Assembly (NCBI GenBank): GCA_900088475.1
Contig: FLMG01003917.1
Span: forward strand, 1-64,000
DNA: 64,000 nucleotides
Direction of reading: 5' to 3'
Source: Hyphochytrium catenoides
Lineage: Eukaryota > Protista > Hyphochytriomycota
The notes beneath the pieces were generated by a model, which was not told the DNA's origin, did not search any database, and worked only from the letters and a program-made list of their open reading frames with translations. The translations under genes were made by a program, and so were the position numbers. Below, piece after piece: positions 47,829-60,446 of this stretch (the stretch's first letter is position 1; each line of letters opens with the position of its first letter).

Positions 47829-50253
47829 ATGTCTACTCCTAAGGGCCTCAAGCTCTCCTTCCAGAATGACATGGAAATGTCATTATGGCTAACGAAGAAA
47901 CTCAAGAATGCCTGGACTTCTGAAGATGTCAGCTCCATCATTCAAAGCTCCAGCGTTAGTGACATCGCATCCTGCTTTCCACTTCTAGAGCAGGCGGTCA
48001 AGGTAATTCTCATCTGCAGGAAAGAACAGAGAGGGTAAGCTAAAATATGGGGATATGTAGGCAAGGACGCTGCTGTCATTCATAGCTATGCCTGCCTCGA
48101 GCCGGTCTGCAGTGGCCGGACACCTCCGAAAGCTTCTCGATGTGGCATCGACGGACAAGGATGAGGTACACGCTGCACTACAATTGTGGTTAGTAGTGAC
48201 ATTTCTTAACACGTTTGAGTACAGTGGGTCCGGGTGGCTGCGTGCCTGTGTGAGCGTTGGATAAATGAGGAAGGGCTTCCACGCAGGGGTGATTCCCTCT
48301 CGTCCCATGTCCACGCTTTCGTCCAGAACCTAGAGTCATCAGGTTGGTGCCGAAGTGACCGAAGTGACAAAACATTCCGACTTAGGGGTCAATGGTGAAG
48401 GCGTGGGCGTAACGTAAAGACGGGGAAATATAGCCTTCAAACCTTCAAGGGAGGAAGCTGTTGCACCGAGGAATTGGAAAGATCATTCGGGAGACTCAAA
48501 GGGAGAAAGGCCTGAAGGTGGTCTAATAACCTTCTACCGTTGCATGCCACCCCCTTTGGTCTCAGAGTTGCGGAACGGTGCACCCATTGATGTTGCATCG
48601 TACGTCAGCAGTTACTCTCCTTTAGAGATGGCCTACATGGCTCCACATCTGCAAACTCCTCTTCCAGAGAAGGCAGGGAATCCTCATTTCCGTGTTCGCA
48701 AAGAGAAAGTGAAGCCAAAGAGTGAACCCGGTAGGGTATGATGTTTGGTCTTCGAGTCCGTTGTCTCGGCCGTGCTGTTTCCCCCTGTTGGTTTATCCCT
48801 GGGTTCTGACACGAGGACTTACAGATGCAGGCAAACAAGCCAAAGGTGGGAATGCTCCTGACCGGCCGACCTCCACTCCAAGGTACCCACCTCTTATACG
48901 CTCACTTGTCACGTAATGTCACGTGCTCTCCCCGGTTTCTTTGCCCGCCTCCCTAGCTCTATGTTCACTCTTGCCTAGTAGTTGTTGGTCTGCCTTCTCA
49001 ACTGACTGACGGCATGGAATGCATTGATTTATGTCCAGAAATCTATTGCCTGGAGGCGCCCAAGATAGGACTGGTCATACGCCATTGGCCGTCCTCTCTC
49101 GTCGGCCTTCATCAATGGGCATCACGTCAATGGCGAGCTCGGCTCTTGGTGGGCGGTTTAATAGAAAGACCAGTAAAATCGCGGTCATTGGCATTGATGA
49201 GGTATAAAATGCAGTCTAAACAGGCCTTAAAAGAGACAGTAAATCGGCAGCAACCTGAACTTGGACTGCAAAATGCATATCAATAGGTCAAGGCGCTAGA
49301 GGCAGAGAAGCAGAGGGCAGAAGAGGAAAAGAAGAGACAGGAAGAGGAACGAAAAAGACTACAGGCACAAAAGCGAGAGGCTGAAGCTGCCCAAAAGCGG
49401 GAGGCCGAGGCCGCAGCCCATGAATCCCAAGCCGCAGCGAAACAAAAGACGGCTGCCAAAAAGAAACGGCCTTCGGTACTACATACTAACCGTTGAATTG
49501 TGAGTGTGACTCAAAGCATTGACGTTTCCGGGTGGCTAGGTTGGAGCCAAGGAGACTCCAAGGGCCAAAGAAGGAGTTCAACTTGCAAAGTCAGCTCCAA
49601 CACCATCTTCTGCTGCCGAGAAGCGAGCCTCACCTTTGGAGGAAGGAGAGACAACACCTGGTAAGCATATCCAGGTCCTGGCAGCAAGTCTATGCAGGAT
49701 CTCACTTGCGCCTTCTCATGGCTCCCAAACCCCCTCTTCATATAATATTGTGATCTTGATTCTCTACCATGTATGGTGGACATGAAACCTTACACTACTA
49801 CTTTGGCTCTCTATTCTCCTGCTGGGCGCAGCGTCCCAGATCGAAACACTATTAGAGGGTGCAAACATGCTAAATGAGGAAGGCCGATCAAGAATCACCA
49901 AATTTTTCCAAGGAGATCGGGGTACTAATAGGTTTTGCGTTCCGGTTCTGCTCTAGTCAAGCTCTGTATCCCACCGGTTTCCCGACAACTGTTTTGTGCG
50001 TGTCTATGATGTCCCTGGGTACAGTTCTCATCACTACTTGCCCAAGTGTTCTCATGCACATGTCTTCATCCTAACAGTGAACCCAACGCCAGAGCAAGGT
50101 CCCACTGTTCGGATCCTTCTCAAGGAGGAGAAGATTAGTGAAGCAGACGGATTTNNNNNNNNNNNNNNNNNNNNNNNNNNNNNNNNNNNNNNNNNNNNNN
50201 NNNNGTGGAAGTACGAGAGTGAATCACCCTTCGACCCTCGCGACCTTCTCTGA
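47829..50253 (+). CDS. NELFA: Negative elongation factor A (NELF-A)-like; multi-exon, 3' end uncertain because of an N gap
   Basis: N-terminus SLWLTKKLKNAWTSEDVSSII...IASCFPLLEQAVK|ARTLLS...LLDVASTDKDE|WVRVAA parallels remembered human NELF-A (LWLHNKL..W....IASLL...CF..L...VK....A..D.DPWV). Central PLEMAYM and HFRVRK motifs. C-terminal NPTPEQGPTVRILLKE parallels ENPCQEQGDVIQIKLSE. Confidence 0.78.
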
Positions 50254-52990
50254 GATCGCTGGGGGAAAAAGACGTGAGGGAGCCATAGCCCCGGCTAACA
50301 GAAAGAGATCTGCGTCCGGGAGAGGCACTAAGCTGTCTGTGGGGAACATTAGGGGCCAAAGTCCTGTTCAAGGGAGAGGACGCTGAGATCCGTTGTGACC
50401 TCACTTGGTCTGCTAGTCTCGGGCTGCTTGTCCTTCCCTGGGAAGCCTGAGCATAACCGAGGCGGTTTGCAGCATCTGGCAGAGGAGAGAGGCTTCCTCT
50501 TTCTCCTACGATAGATGGTGCGACGTGGTAAAGCTTGCTAACCTCTAAGGCAAGCTTTCTTATATCAGGATGCCAATGGTCAGAACCAGTGGTGTAGAGC
50601 GCATGCTGCAGCTTGCGGACCACTCCTTGACCTAAAAGTATCAGCTTAGGTTGTAGCTTCTTACACATCTGTATCCCCTTCATCGCTAGCATTGCATGAG
50701 GCGACTGTACACTGCTGATCAATCGGTTCAATAGCTGCTTGACGACGCCTTGACCGTCAGCTGGGCGACATACTGACATCCCAGCTGGACTACGGCCATT
50801 TACCTTTCGGGGTGCACTACTCATAAGACGTTGAAGCATGTCTCCTGATACCTCGAGAATTCCATAGAGGACGTTCAGCAGGCGAATCTCTTTGCTACTA
50901 TCCCCAAGAGGCCAGGACTTGAGTATAGTAGAGATCAAGCGTTCAAAAGATGATGAAGAGCGCCTAGAGATCTCTATTGCTAAACCGGAAGCCATTGACA
51001 ACTCGGTCACTGCCTCCTCGTCCAAAGCCAGGAGAAGCTTCACTATGGGGCAATGTAGTCTCTCTGCAAACTTCCCGTCCTTGTCGATGGATGGAATAAC
51101 TTCCTTGCAAGCTCTAAGCAGAACATCAACCTCTCCGCCCACCCAGGTTGACTTAGCAAGGGCTAGTGTTCGCTTTGGAGTACATTCTACCGCCATGTTA
51201 AGGCCTGATGAGGTTACTAGGCCAATGAGCACAGCCGCATCGGCCCTATCGACAAGAGCCTGAGATATGCACTCGAATATGTATCCTTGCAACCTAGCTG
51301 GCTGATGGCGTAGGAGTAGAGCCTTCATAACCTGGAACATCAATAGCTTCTTAGGGCTCTTTTCTGAGAGCGTTTGAACGCTGGAGACTGCTATTTGCAC
51401 CAGTCTATTTGAGACCAAGTCCTCATCTGCAGTCTGGACAGCTTTTACCACCATCTCTAACAACACCACCGAGTTATGTCCTGGTAAAGAGAGTACAGGC
51501 ATGCTGGACAGCGACGTGCCCGAACCAGTCCGCTGCATTGCACGGGCGTTAAGTTTGTGCACTGCGTAGCTGTGGAGTGGTCGAGACTTCGGTTCTTCAG
51601 TAGATAGAGCAGAAGATGTTCCTCTTTCCGTTGCCGTGTCTCTGTAACCTCCAGACTCGTCGAAAATGTCTCCAACTACTAGCAGAAGCTGCTCCAGGCC
51701 TTGGTTGCAGATATTTGACTCCTCGTCTAAGGACACCGGAAGCCTCATCCATATTGCTTCATGCGCTATAGGAAGAACAGTCTGCCGCAAAGGGGTCATC
51801 ACGTCAGCCGCTATGCGCTGGCTGCCTAATGCCCAAGAAAGGAGACGGTAGGTGTTCGCCTTATCTTGGCACCAAGGTATGGATGTGACGATGATCAAAA
51901 TGCTACGACAAAGCTGCAAAAGCTTTAGAGGTGACGCAGCAATGGCCTCTCCTTCTATGGACCCGTCAAACAAAGCATGACTTAGTTTCTTGTTCTTCAC
52001 TACGCAGGAGTACGCCTTCGCCGATAGGAGAGCAGCAAAGTATGCCACTGACAAGGACACAGATACTGTCCCCAAATCCTCACTGCTACGTCTATGGAAA
52101 AATTGCCGCAGGCCATAAGAACGAACTTGCTGCTTTTGGCCTTCCAGTGCTGCGGATTTCGCCTTGTTAGCCCTGAACGTCCCTTCATAGAAGAACTTGG
52201 ACATGCGAATGCGGCTGTATAGAGTTGCAGGAATCAAGGGCTGGGATGATAGAGAAGAGCTATCTGCCACCTTGAGCACCGCGTTGGATCCATAATTGCC
52301 GGCCCAAGTCCAGTCACCACAATGTTCCTCCGCTGGTGTAAGAAAATCGAGAAGACTTTGAAGCACACGCTCTTTGGACTCCCGATTCAGCCGCCCGAGT
52401 GCTGTCTTTCCCAAGGTTGATACGGCTTTAACACTTTCCGCCTGCAAGATATTCTCGATCAGCTGTTGTCTCTTCTTTTGCATATAGCTCTGTCTAGTCT
52501 ATCTGCAATGCTTTGCACACCTCCTTCCCGAATGTCCTCCTTCCCGAAGGTTACAACTCCCATAATTGTCTTTGCCTCATCTACATACCTGCGATCCCAA
52601 TACCGAGACAACATTTTTACCACCTTTCTCTTCTGCAGAATCGGATAGACGAATACCGCGCGGCAGAGGCTTGACTCTAGCGGTAAGTTCGTAGTCACCG
52701 GGCAGGAGTGGGATGATGACGCCCTCAAACTCGAAGAGTCTGCAAACATTATCATGATAATCGCTGCTAGCAGGGAGGACTGAACTTGGAGCTAAAGGAA
52801 CTGCATGCCACTGGCTGTGCTGCGCGGCGCTTGTGGGTATATTCGTCCATATTTCCGCAACGAGGCTAAGCGACGGCGGGCCACTAACCTCTGCCAGAAG
52901 CTGACAGCGACAGGGCTGCAGAACCTTTACTTTGGTCTCGGTACCAGCAGATGGCGTGACCTGCTTGATCTTAACGTTCGCCGCCACCAT
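50205..52990 (-). CDS. Protein with an N-terminal beta-rich (Ig/CBM-like) module and a C-terminal divergent PP2A B56 (B')-like HEAT domain; 2 or more exons, 3' end in or near an N gap
   Basis: Intron 52588-52490 (GT..AG, phase 0) joins ORF 52577-52990 to the 782-aa ORF. C-terminal KSWPLGDSSKEIRLLNVLYGILE, ISSVQSPHAMLA and LYTTGSDHWHPDIR parallel B56 KFWP...S.KEVMFLNELEEILD, CVSSPHFQVA and L...S..HWN..I. Confidence 0.68.
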
Positions 52991-55681
52991 CTGGCTCGGC
53001 CAAAAGCACCTTCCTACCTTGGTGGCTTGAGCATCATTGGGAGTGGCTTCAGGCGGTGAGGCGAATGAACTCCTAAACGGGAAAGGAAATCCACAAGCTG
53101 CAACCGCCTCCTATGTACTTCTTCCTCCAGTATCCCTCCTATTCAGCAGAGAAAGCCGTAGGATGTTGGATCATCAGCCCTTACGAGTCGTGGGTGGAGT
53201 GAGCGATAACGCTTTACTTTCGCAGTGCTGCCGCCTTGTTGCAGTGGTTCACTGTTACATCGTCGGCACGAGATAAGCACGCGTTCCTCAGATCTTCAGC
53301 TATGGCGGCTGTTCGTTGGCAATAATGTAGGAGTCCGCCGGAGTACCCTTGCTCCTGTGCTCTGCCTTCACCTCTCTCACTTGCTTGCCGTCCAACGTGG
53401 CTCTGTAGCGACAAAAAGATCCATTGCACTCCGACTTTGACGGGACCGGACCCAATGAAATGACCTTGCACCAGGTCTTTATGACTTGATACCCGATTAG
53501 CCTAAGAATGCCTTCTTAACCTTGGAAAGTGCGGATGAGGAAAGATCGGCGTGGCATCAAGCGCCGTCTTTTGTCTTTGGTCGCGAGACAGAGGGGAAAC
53601 CTCAGTACAAAAACGTGCAAGTCAGAAAACGTGGTCCCCCTTACAGTAGGTATCCGGGGATGCCTCCTTATGGGTACTCTGTATTAATCTAGGGGGCTGT
53701 GAGGATAAAACGACAGGGGTGGCTCCATTGGCAGGAGGTGGAGGAGAGGCTCACCGTTCGCTTGAAAGAAGCTGAGGAGCAGGCAGTTGAAGCTCGACAC
53801 AACCTGCACTTTCTTGATGACGAACTAATTTCGGTCGAGCCCTACACAATTTTGGCTGCTACGTTCAGTCAATGGTGATCATCGGTACTTGTGTGTAGGT
53901 AGCTATGTAGCTATCCTTCTAGTTTCCGTTTTCATACTTTGTTCTCGGTCCTCTACCGACCGACAATTATCGTTTTCTACAAGTAGTAACCCTAGCAACA
54001 TAACACGCTGTACATAACATTGAAGGGACGTGGTATGCTGTGTCAGTCTGAAGAAGATCGCCTAGGCTGTTGTGTACCATCAGGCGACAATCTTAGGATT
54101 CGTCGAGAGAATGGGTGTTACACTCTGGTCACTTCTTTCCTCTTCTCAAGTTCGCCTTGTCGCCGCCGATAGTGAGTCTTCTCCAGTAGTAGGTGGAGCT
54201 TCTCAGCGGCATACCGGCGATTAGCAGCAGCGCGGGTTGGTCTCTCAATGCTGAGAAGATGTCAAAGAGGGCAGAGATTTACTCTATTAATCGTGTGACT
54301 GGCGAATAGGCTCCTCTACAGCACCCGTGCCTCCTGTTCATTGCCCTCATGCCAATGAAGAGCAGGTCTGGTGAGATTGCCGAGCTGAGAATAGCCCGAA
54401 ATCGCTTAGTCTTGAGAGGCTGCTCGCCTTGTCCCTCTTATAAAAGAAATCCCGCTTCAAAGTCCAACATATACTATTGTCATATTAAAGTTACCTTTGG
54501 AAGGTGAAGTTTTGTTCATCACGGCCAGGGTAACTTACTAACGCAGTAGACGAGGTGCCGCTCTAAGCCACATCGACAACGTTGGCGGCCTTCTTCAGTT
54601 TTGATCGTTGCGCTTGACTACGGACGCCGCCACTAGCCTTTGTCTTTGTCTTAAACGACATTTGCATTACTCCATCAGTCGCTACAACTTCTCCTCCGAC
54701 CAATACGTGTTCTTGATAGCTGCTTTCTCCACTGCAAGTCTCCTTGCAAAAGGTATATTCACACGCGCAATTAAGGATAAGGAACCCAGTGAGTTTTCCT
54801 CTGTATATCGGGCCTCCAGGTATTCTAACTCTAGGAGGAGAAGACCCGCCAAGATAGCCTCACTCAGAATTTCAGTACCTTCGTTTAAACAACTACTTGA
54901 TGGGAGCAGCCGCTACGGTTCTCCTGGGTTAATGGAGTATGTCTCACCATCCCATTTTGTCCAAGCATGCACCTCAAAGTAGGTGTTCAACGCTTTGGGG
55001 TGTCATTCAATGCTAGAACTGTAGGGACTGGCAGAATGGAACTCTTACTACTTTTGTACGGGCAGAGATTACATCTTTCTCTGCTCTGTCTCCTGCGTTC
55101 ATTAAGAAGGAGCCGCTCCTCACAAGTGAATGCTGTAGGCGTAGCATAATAACACCCAACAATGCAGTTGAAACGAACTTAACTCCTCTATGCAGCGGAG
55201 GAGAGTGCAGGTTATGTCTATAGTGCGGCGCTCACTCAAGAAAAACACCGATAGCACAAAGAACGGTGCGGGGCTCATCCTTATAGACTTAATCATTGAA
55301 GATCTTTAAGGGAGCAACCAATGAGGTTTGAAAGGAGATACGACATTGGGTCAGAGCTACATGAGATAGAGGGGTGACCTTTTTAGCAACCCGACTTACC
55401 ACCGCAAACCTGTAAATCTCCAGAAGAGGGCTAATACCTCATCGGTTTTCCCGAATGCCCTTGCAAGCTTCGTGCGGCTGTGCAGCACTGCTGCCCGGCG
55501 CAGTCTTTGGTGAGTTTTCCTAGGAGCGACCCCATCTACGTTTACCTTGAATGCTCCTTCCTCTTTTCTTAATATTGGCAGCAGTTCCTAGTGGACACCT
55601 CTCCGCCCCTAGCAGGGCAGGAAAGCAGAGGCATTAGCAATGCCGCGTCTGAAGGCAATCGCAAAAAGAATAGGATTGTGG

Positions 55682-57178
55682 TCATGGTCGCAAAAGATCG
55701 TCGTAGGTCCTCAGAATGCTGGTGCAATGCTCCATTGCCTCCTCTATGTCTTCAACTGCACAGCCGTTTCTTTGATACCAATGCAGGTAAGCCCTGTGGT
55801 CAAGCATAGTCTCTGCCCTCTCTAAGGCGTGGGAGATTACCGGAAGAACCCCAGAGCCATTTGATGCCACAGTTATTACAGGCTCGTCTGTGGAGGCCGA
55901 GGAAGGATGTAACTCGCTTTGCAGGGCTTGAGGATTCCAAGGCACGCTGCGGCAGAATTTCTTGAGATAGCCTTGCAGTTTAAGACTGCTCCCTGTACTT
56001 CTCGAAGCCCTACTAGCACTACTACCATAAGATGGGCTGCTAGATACTCCCATGTTCTGAGGGGTTAGTTCCTTGAGGTGGAGGACCGCCAGAAGGTCAA
56101 TATGCTCTGCATAACGGGCCGTCGCGGTGGTCTTGGTGCGCTCATGGTAGCCGTAAGTGTATGCATAACGCCGCACGAGGTCCTCTATCACTGCTTCCGG
56201 AGATCCACTCCCTGTGCGGTTGGTGGAAGTGGGGGCATTTGAAATGGAAGTAATATCAATCACCTTTGCGCTCGGCATAGGACATACCCGTCGTACCAGT
56301 TCCATGAGGTTGAAGGGGTGACTGTGCCCCGTCAAGCGCCGTCTGGCATCCGATAACATGAAGTCAGCTAGATCTCTGACGATAAGTGCATTCAATGCCG
56401 CCATATTCTCAGAAGTAGTGGGCTCTTTTGCTTGCTTTCCGTGCACCTCTTGAGCTCGGAATAGTAAATGATCATTGTCTTTCATTATGATGCAATCAGC
56501 AACGTCCTGGCAGGCGCTGAGGGCCAGACAGAAGTTATAGTGCTGTACAGGAGTATCGCCATTCCTAAATGGAGCCACTACGACCGTGCTTAAGTAAGCT
56601 TTTGGGTACTCCTGCCGGAGCAATTCGGCAAGTGCTGAGCCGACGCCGGAGCCGGTCCCACCAGCCAAGGACATAAAAAGATTCGTGCCGTCAAATCTGT
56701 CAAGACCCTCTACCTGCAGTCGAAAGGTGTTTTCAAATATAGTTTCTAGCGACGCCTTCTCCGAAAGCTCGTCCCCACACTTCCAACCTTCTGCCTGAGT
56801 CCAGGAAGCTGGGACTGCTGGCCGTTGGACAGCCTTATGATATCCCACCCCCCAGTTGTTTCCGCAGCCAGAGTGCTGGTAGATGCTCCGATGAATATAG
56901 CCGCTGCCATATGCTCGAGTATGACTGGCCAGTTGCGCTCCTCTAGCAATAAGAGGCCGTTTCAGTACTCTTGGCTCTGTATCTACGTACAGTACTGGAC
57001 CAAGCGGCATCCACTCGTCACCAGAAGAGGAGCCTGCATGAGGTCGCACACCACTGTTGCCCTTGTTCAGTATACGACTTCGCGGCCGTTTTTGACGCCG
57101 TTCACTTTCGGAAAGATTCCATAGCTCTTCGGCTATCTGGATGCCGCATTGGCCCACAAACACAGACGCAACCGTCAT
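55682..57178 (-). CDS. Divergent tubulin of the delta/zeta(eta) class, most like zeta-tubulin; intronless
   Basis: VGQCGIQI, VDTEPRV, GCGNNWGVGY, tubulin signature SLAGGTGSGVG, APFRNGDTPVQHYN and AYLHWY. There is no acidic C-terminal tail. Confidence 0.88.
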   Translation of the reverse strand: MTVASVFVGQCGIQIAEELWNLSESERRQKRPRSRILNKGNSGVRPHAGSSSGDEWMPLGPVLYVDTEPRVLKRPLIARGAQLASHTRAYGSGYIHRSIYQHSGCGNNWGVGYHKAVQRPAVPASWTQAEGWKCGDELSEKASLETIFENTFRLQVEGLDRFDGTNLFMSLAGGTGSGVGSALAELLRQEYPKAYLSTVVVAPFRNGDTPVQHYNFCLALSACQDVADCIIMKDNDHLLFRAQEVHGKQAKEPTTSENMAALNALIVRDLADFMLSDARRRLTGHSHPFNLMELVRRVCPMPSAKVIDITSISNAPTSTNRTGSGSPEAVIEDLVRRYAYTYGYHERTKTTATARYAEHIDLLAVLHLKELTPQNMGVSSSPSYGSSASRASRSTGSSLKLQGYLKKFCRSVPWNPQALQSELHPSSASTDEPVITVASNGSGVLPVISHALERAETMLDHRAYLHWYQRNGCAVEDIEEAMEHCTSILRTYDDLLRP

Positions 57179-57848
57179 ACCGTCCTACTCCCCAAGAAGT
57201 GGCTGCTTCGACCTCCAAGTCGGCATGGTCAAGACGGGAAAGCGGGCCATGATATGACCATCTGCACGACTGAGAGGTCCCGATCCCCCCAAGCTGCTGC
57301 TAGCACTGATGATCCCTGACAAACGGAGCAGCAGCAGCCTGAGTGATACCTCTGCTTAGATCGCAGCTTGGATGCCGGGCTTTGCCCCTAAGCCCTCGCC
57401 CGCCTCAGAACGGAGACGGCCCCATCTCCCAGAGAGGAGGAGAGAATATGCCTTATTAGCAGGTCAGCAGGTTGCCAACCCATCCATTGTGGCTTTTGAG
57501 TAGATATGAGGTTTGAGTCCCTCGCCTCAACAATTTACCTTTGACCGTTTGCCTTTTATCACTTCGTCGTTGCTTCGTCAGCACCTGCAGATCGCGCAGC
57601 TGGCGGCAAACCCGCTAGCCGTTAGCGGTTGCTAGCCTGAATCTGGGTTTGTGCTCAAAAATGGATGTTAGAGGCGGAAGCAGTAATGAAGATTATATAG
57701 CAGAAGCTGAGAAGAGGAGCCCTGATCACCTTGAAGGCCAGTGGCAGGGGGAAAGAGGCTCCTACGAGGCGCACTTGGCTCGCATTACGAGTCCGCCTTA
57801 CTGGCTGTTCGGAGTCTCAGCCTGAGAGTGAAGTGCAAGAGAGGAAGT

Positions 57849-60446
57849 ATGTCGTTTAGCTTTGGAAGTGGGAGCGGGTCCGCCTTTGGGGCCCAACCAT
57901 CTGGAGGATCCTCAGGCTTCAGCTTCGGGGCTTCTAACACGACCAATCCTACCCAGACTACAGGTGAGGGGTTGTCGGCTTCATGGCTGAATGTTACTCT
58001 AATTGCTCACTATCTATTAGGCTCTTCGGGCTTCGGTTTTGGAAGCTCGGCTTCCACACCCACATCATCGTCCGGCTTCTCCTTTGGTTCAACGCCAGCA
58101 AGCGCTCCAGCCAGTTCAGGCTTTTCATCTTTCGGTTCTTCGTCGACAGCGGCTCCCGCAAGTGGAGGATTCTCTTTTGGTTCTTCGTCGACTCCTAGCA
58201 CAGGCTTCTCTTTCGGTTCTACTAGCGCGACAACGGCTACGTCGGCACCGGCATCTAGCTTCTCCTTCGGCTCTGGCTTGGGTTCCTCCTTTGGGTCCAC
58301 CCAGGCGTCATCGTCCTCTCCTTTCTCCTTTGGACCTTCCGCTTCCACTCCTACTACTTCTTCCTTCTCATTCGGCAGCGCTCCCGGAGCTTCCCAGCCG
58401 AGTTCCCTTTTTGGCGCCTCCCAGACAGCTGGCTCAGTAACGCCAAGTGCAGGTAGATTCTCTGTGTTATTCTTCATTGGGCGGCTGGTCCCTTACGGCT
58501 CTTTGCCTCCAGGTGGTCTCTTTGGCACTGCACAGCCCTCGGCTTCCTTCGGTAGGAATTAGCTTGTGTGATGTAGTACATGAGTCATTGATGCCCTGAT
58601 CAACAGGATACTGGTTCTCTTCACTGTGACTAAACTCCTTTTCTCTCTCGAGTTCGAGATAGAGCTTAAGGCCTCTTGGGCCCCTAAGTTGTAGCCTCCA
58701 CCTGGCCTGGCTATGTTGCCCTGTCCTTTCCTTACCAATTGTCCGTCTGGTTCTCCGCAGCTTCAAATGCTCTGGCGCCGACTACCGAATCGCCTCTCGA
58801 GAATTTGTTGGCCATCAAAATGGCATATCAGGACCCTCAACAGTCCAGATTTAAGGTCAGAGCTTGAGGTCTGAGTTATAACCAACATGTGACCTCGCTA
58901 GCGGAAGCTCTAAGTGTCGTTGTCTCATGCTTGTCAACCTTCTGAAGTGGTACAATCGCTCCTGCTTCAACGTCGATCGTTCCTACCCGTTTTCTCCTTC
59001 TCTCTATGGGCCCATTGGTGACCTGTTTTGATAGCCTAGGGGCTTCAGAGTGGCTATTTGCTTCTGTGATCAGCTAGCTGCTTCTTATAAGAACTGCCTC
59101 TCTCAATCCCGCAGCATATGTTCTATAACATTGTAGAACCCACACAAGTTGGATTATACGCACGACCTGGTCATATCAGTGAGCGGCTCTGGAAACAGGC
59201 GGAAGCGGACAATCCTGATCCAGAAAACTGCGTTCCAGCAGCCGTCATTGGCTTTAAGCAGCTTAACGAAAGAGCAGAAGCCCAGCAACAGTTCATTACG
59301 AGGTTCAAGAAGTATATCGAGGTGAGCCAGAGTTGAGTTTTTTGCACACGGTTTTGGACGGCCAGGATATGTGAACTCTTGTCGTTCTGACGTTTGTACG
59401 CATGATTGGTGCTTTGTTGGGGCTTTGGGTTCGAGGTCGTAATACTTGGAAGAGGGACCAGGGGAGCATGTTTTGCTGAAGATCGCTAGATCCGAGGGTA
59501 GGAGCTGGATACTAAGACGTGACTGAAGGAACGAGATCCGATAGAGTCGAAGGAAAAGGGAAATGGCCTGGGATCGTAGGCTCCTAATACGAATCTAACC
59601 CCTTACAACTTCTTCTCTTGAAGGACCTCCGATCATCCTTGCAGGTTATGGAGAACAATTGTCGAGCAGCTGACGTGAAGCTGGAGAAGTGCCGGGTGGA
59701 TCACCTCCAGCTCTCTCATAAGCTCTTGGAGGTACGTTTTCCTACTTTCTATTTTAGTGCCCTTGCCTCCAGTGTGATAAGTTTCAGTTGGCAAGGGCTA
59801 AGATCCTCTAAAATTAAATGGCGATTTAGGTGATGCGAAAGATAGAAGTATATCAATGCCTCAGAAAGCCCATGCATGCTGAGGAGATTAGGCTCAGGTG
59901 AGTAATCTCTGAAGCTTAGCAGGAGCTGCACACTCGATGGCACAAGAGAGATGGATGCAAAAGTGTAGCTAGATGATAGATAGTTAAAGTTTCCATAGAC
60001 TTAGCGCGGGCCTCTAGGAACACTCTTGAGAGGCTTAATGGCCTGCTGAATCAACCTAATCAGTACAAAGCGCGGCTGCAAGAGTTGGTCTCACTGCAGC
60101 GCATGCAGGTGAGAAACTCTGTTTCTTAGCCGTCAATGCCGAACACCTACAACAAACTCCTACAACCGCTACAATCTGTGATTCGCACAGCTTGACACTA
60201 ATGCTTGTTTGGACACAGGATGATCGCTTCCTATCAGTGGATGAAAAGATTAGCGAGGAAGATGCGGAGACATTGCGACAGGTGAATNNNNNNNNNNNNN
60301 NNNNNNNNNNNNNNNNNNNNNNNNNNNNNNNNCTAGAATCTCAACGGGAGGGACTGAAGCAGTTGACGAAGATTGTTCAGAAGGATATGCGGGATATGGA
60401 GATCATTAAGAAAGGACTCCATCAGCGTGTACGACCCAGCAAATAA
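57849..60446 (+). CDS. NUP54: Nucleoporin Nup54/Nup57 (FG repeats plus coiled coil); multi-exon
   Basis: N-terminal FSFG repeats, then AYQDPQQSRFK|HMFYNIV, LWKQAEADNPDPENCVPAAVIGFKQLNER, HLQLSHKLLE|VMRKIE, and C-terminal LESQREGLKQLTKIVQKDMRDMEII. Confidence 0.9.

Noticed and set aside
58010-58477. 155-aa EPKEKP-repeat ORF on the minus strand
   Set aside because: It is the antisense shadow of the Nup54 FG repeats.
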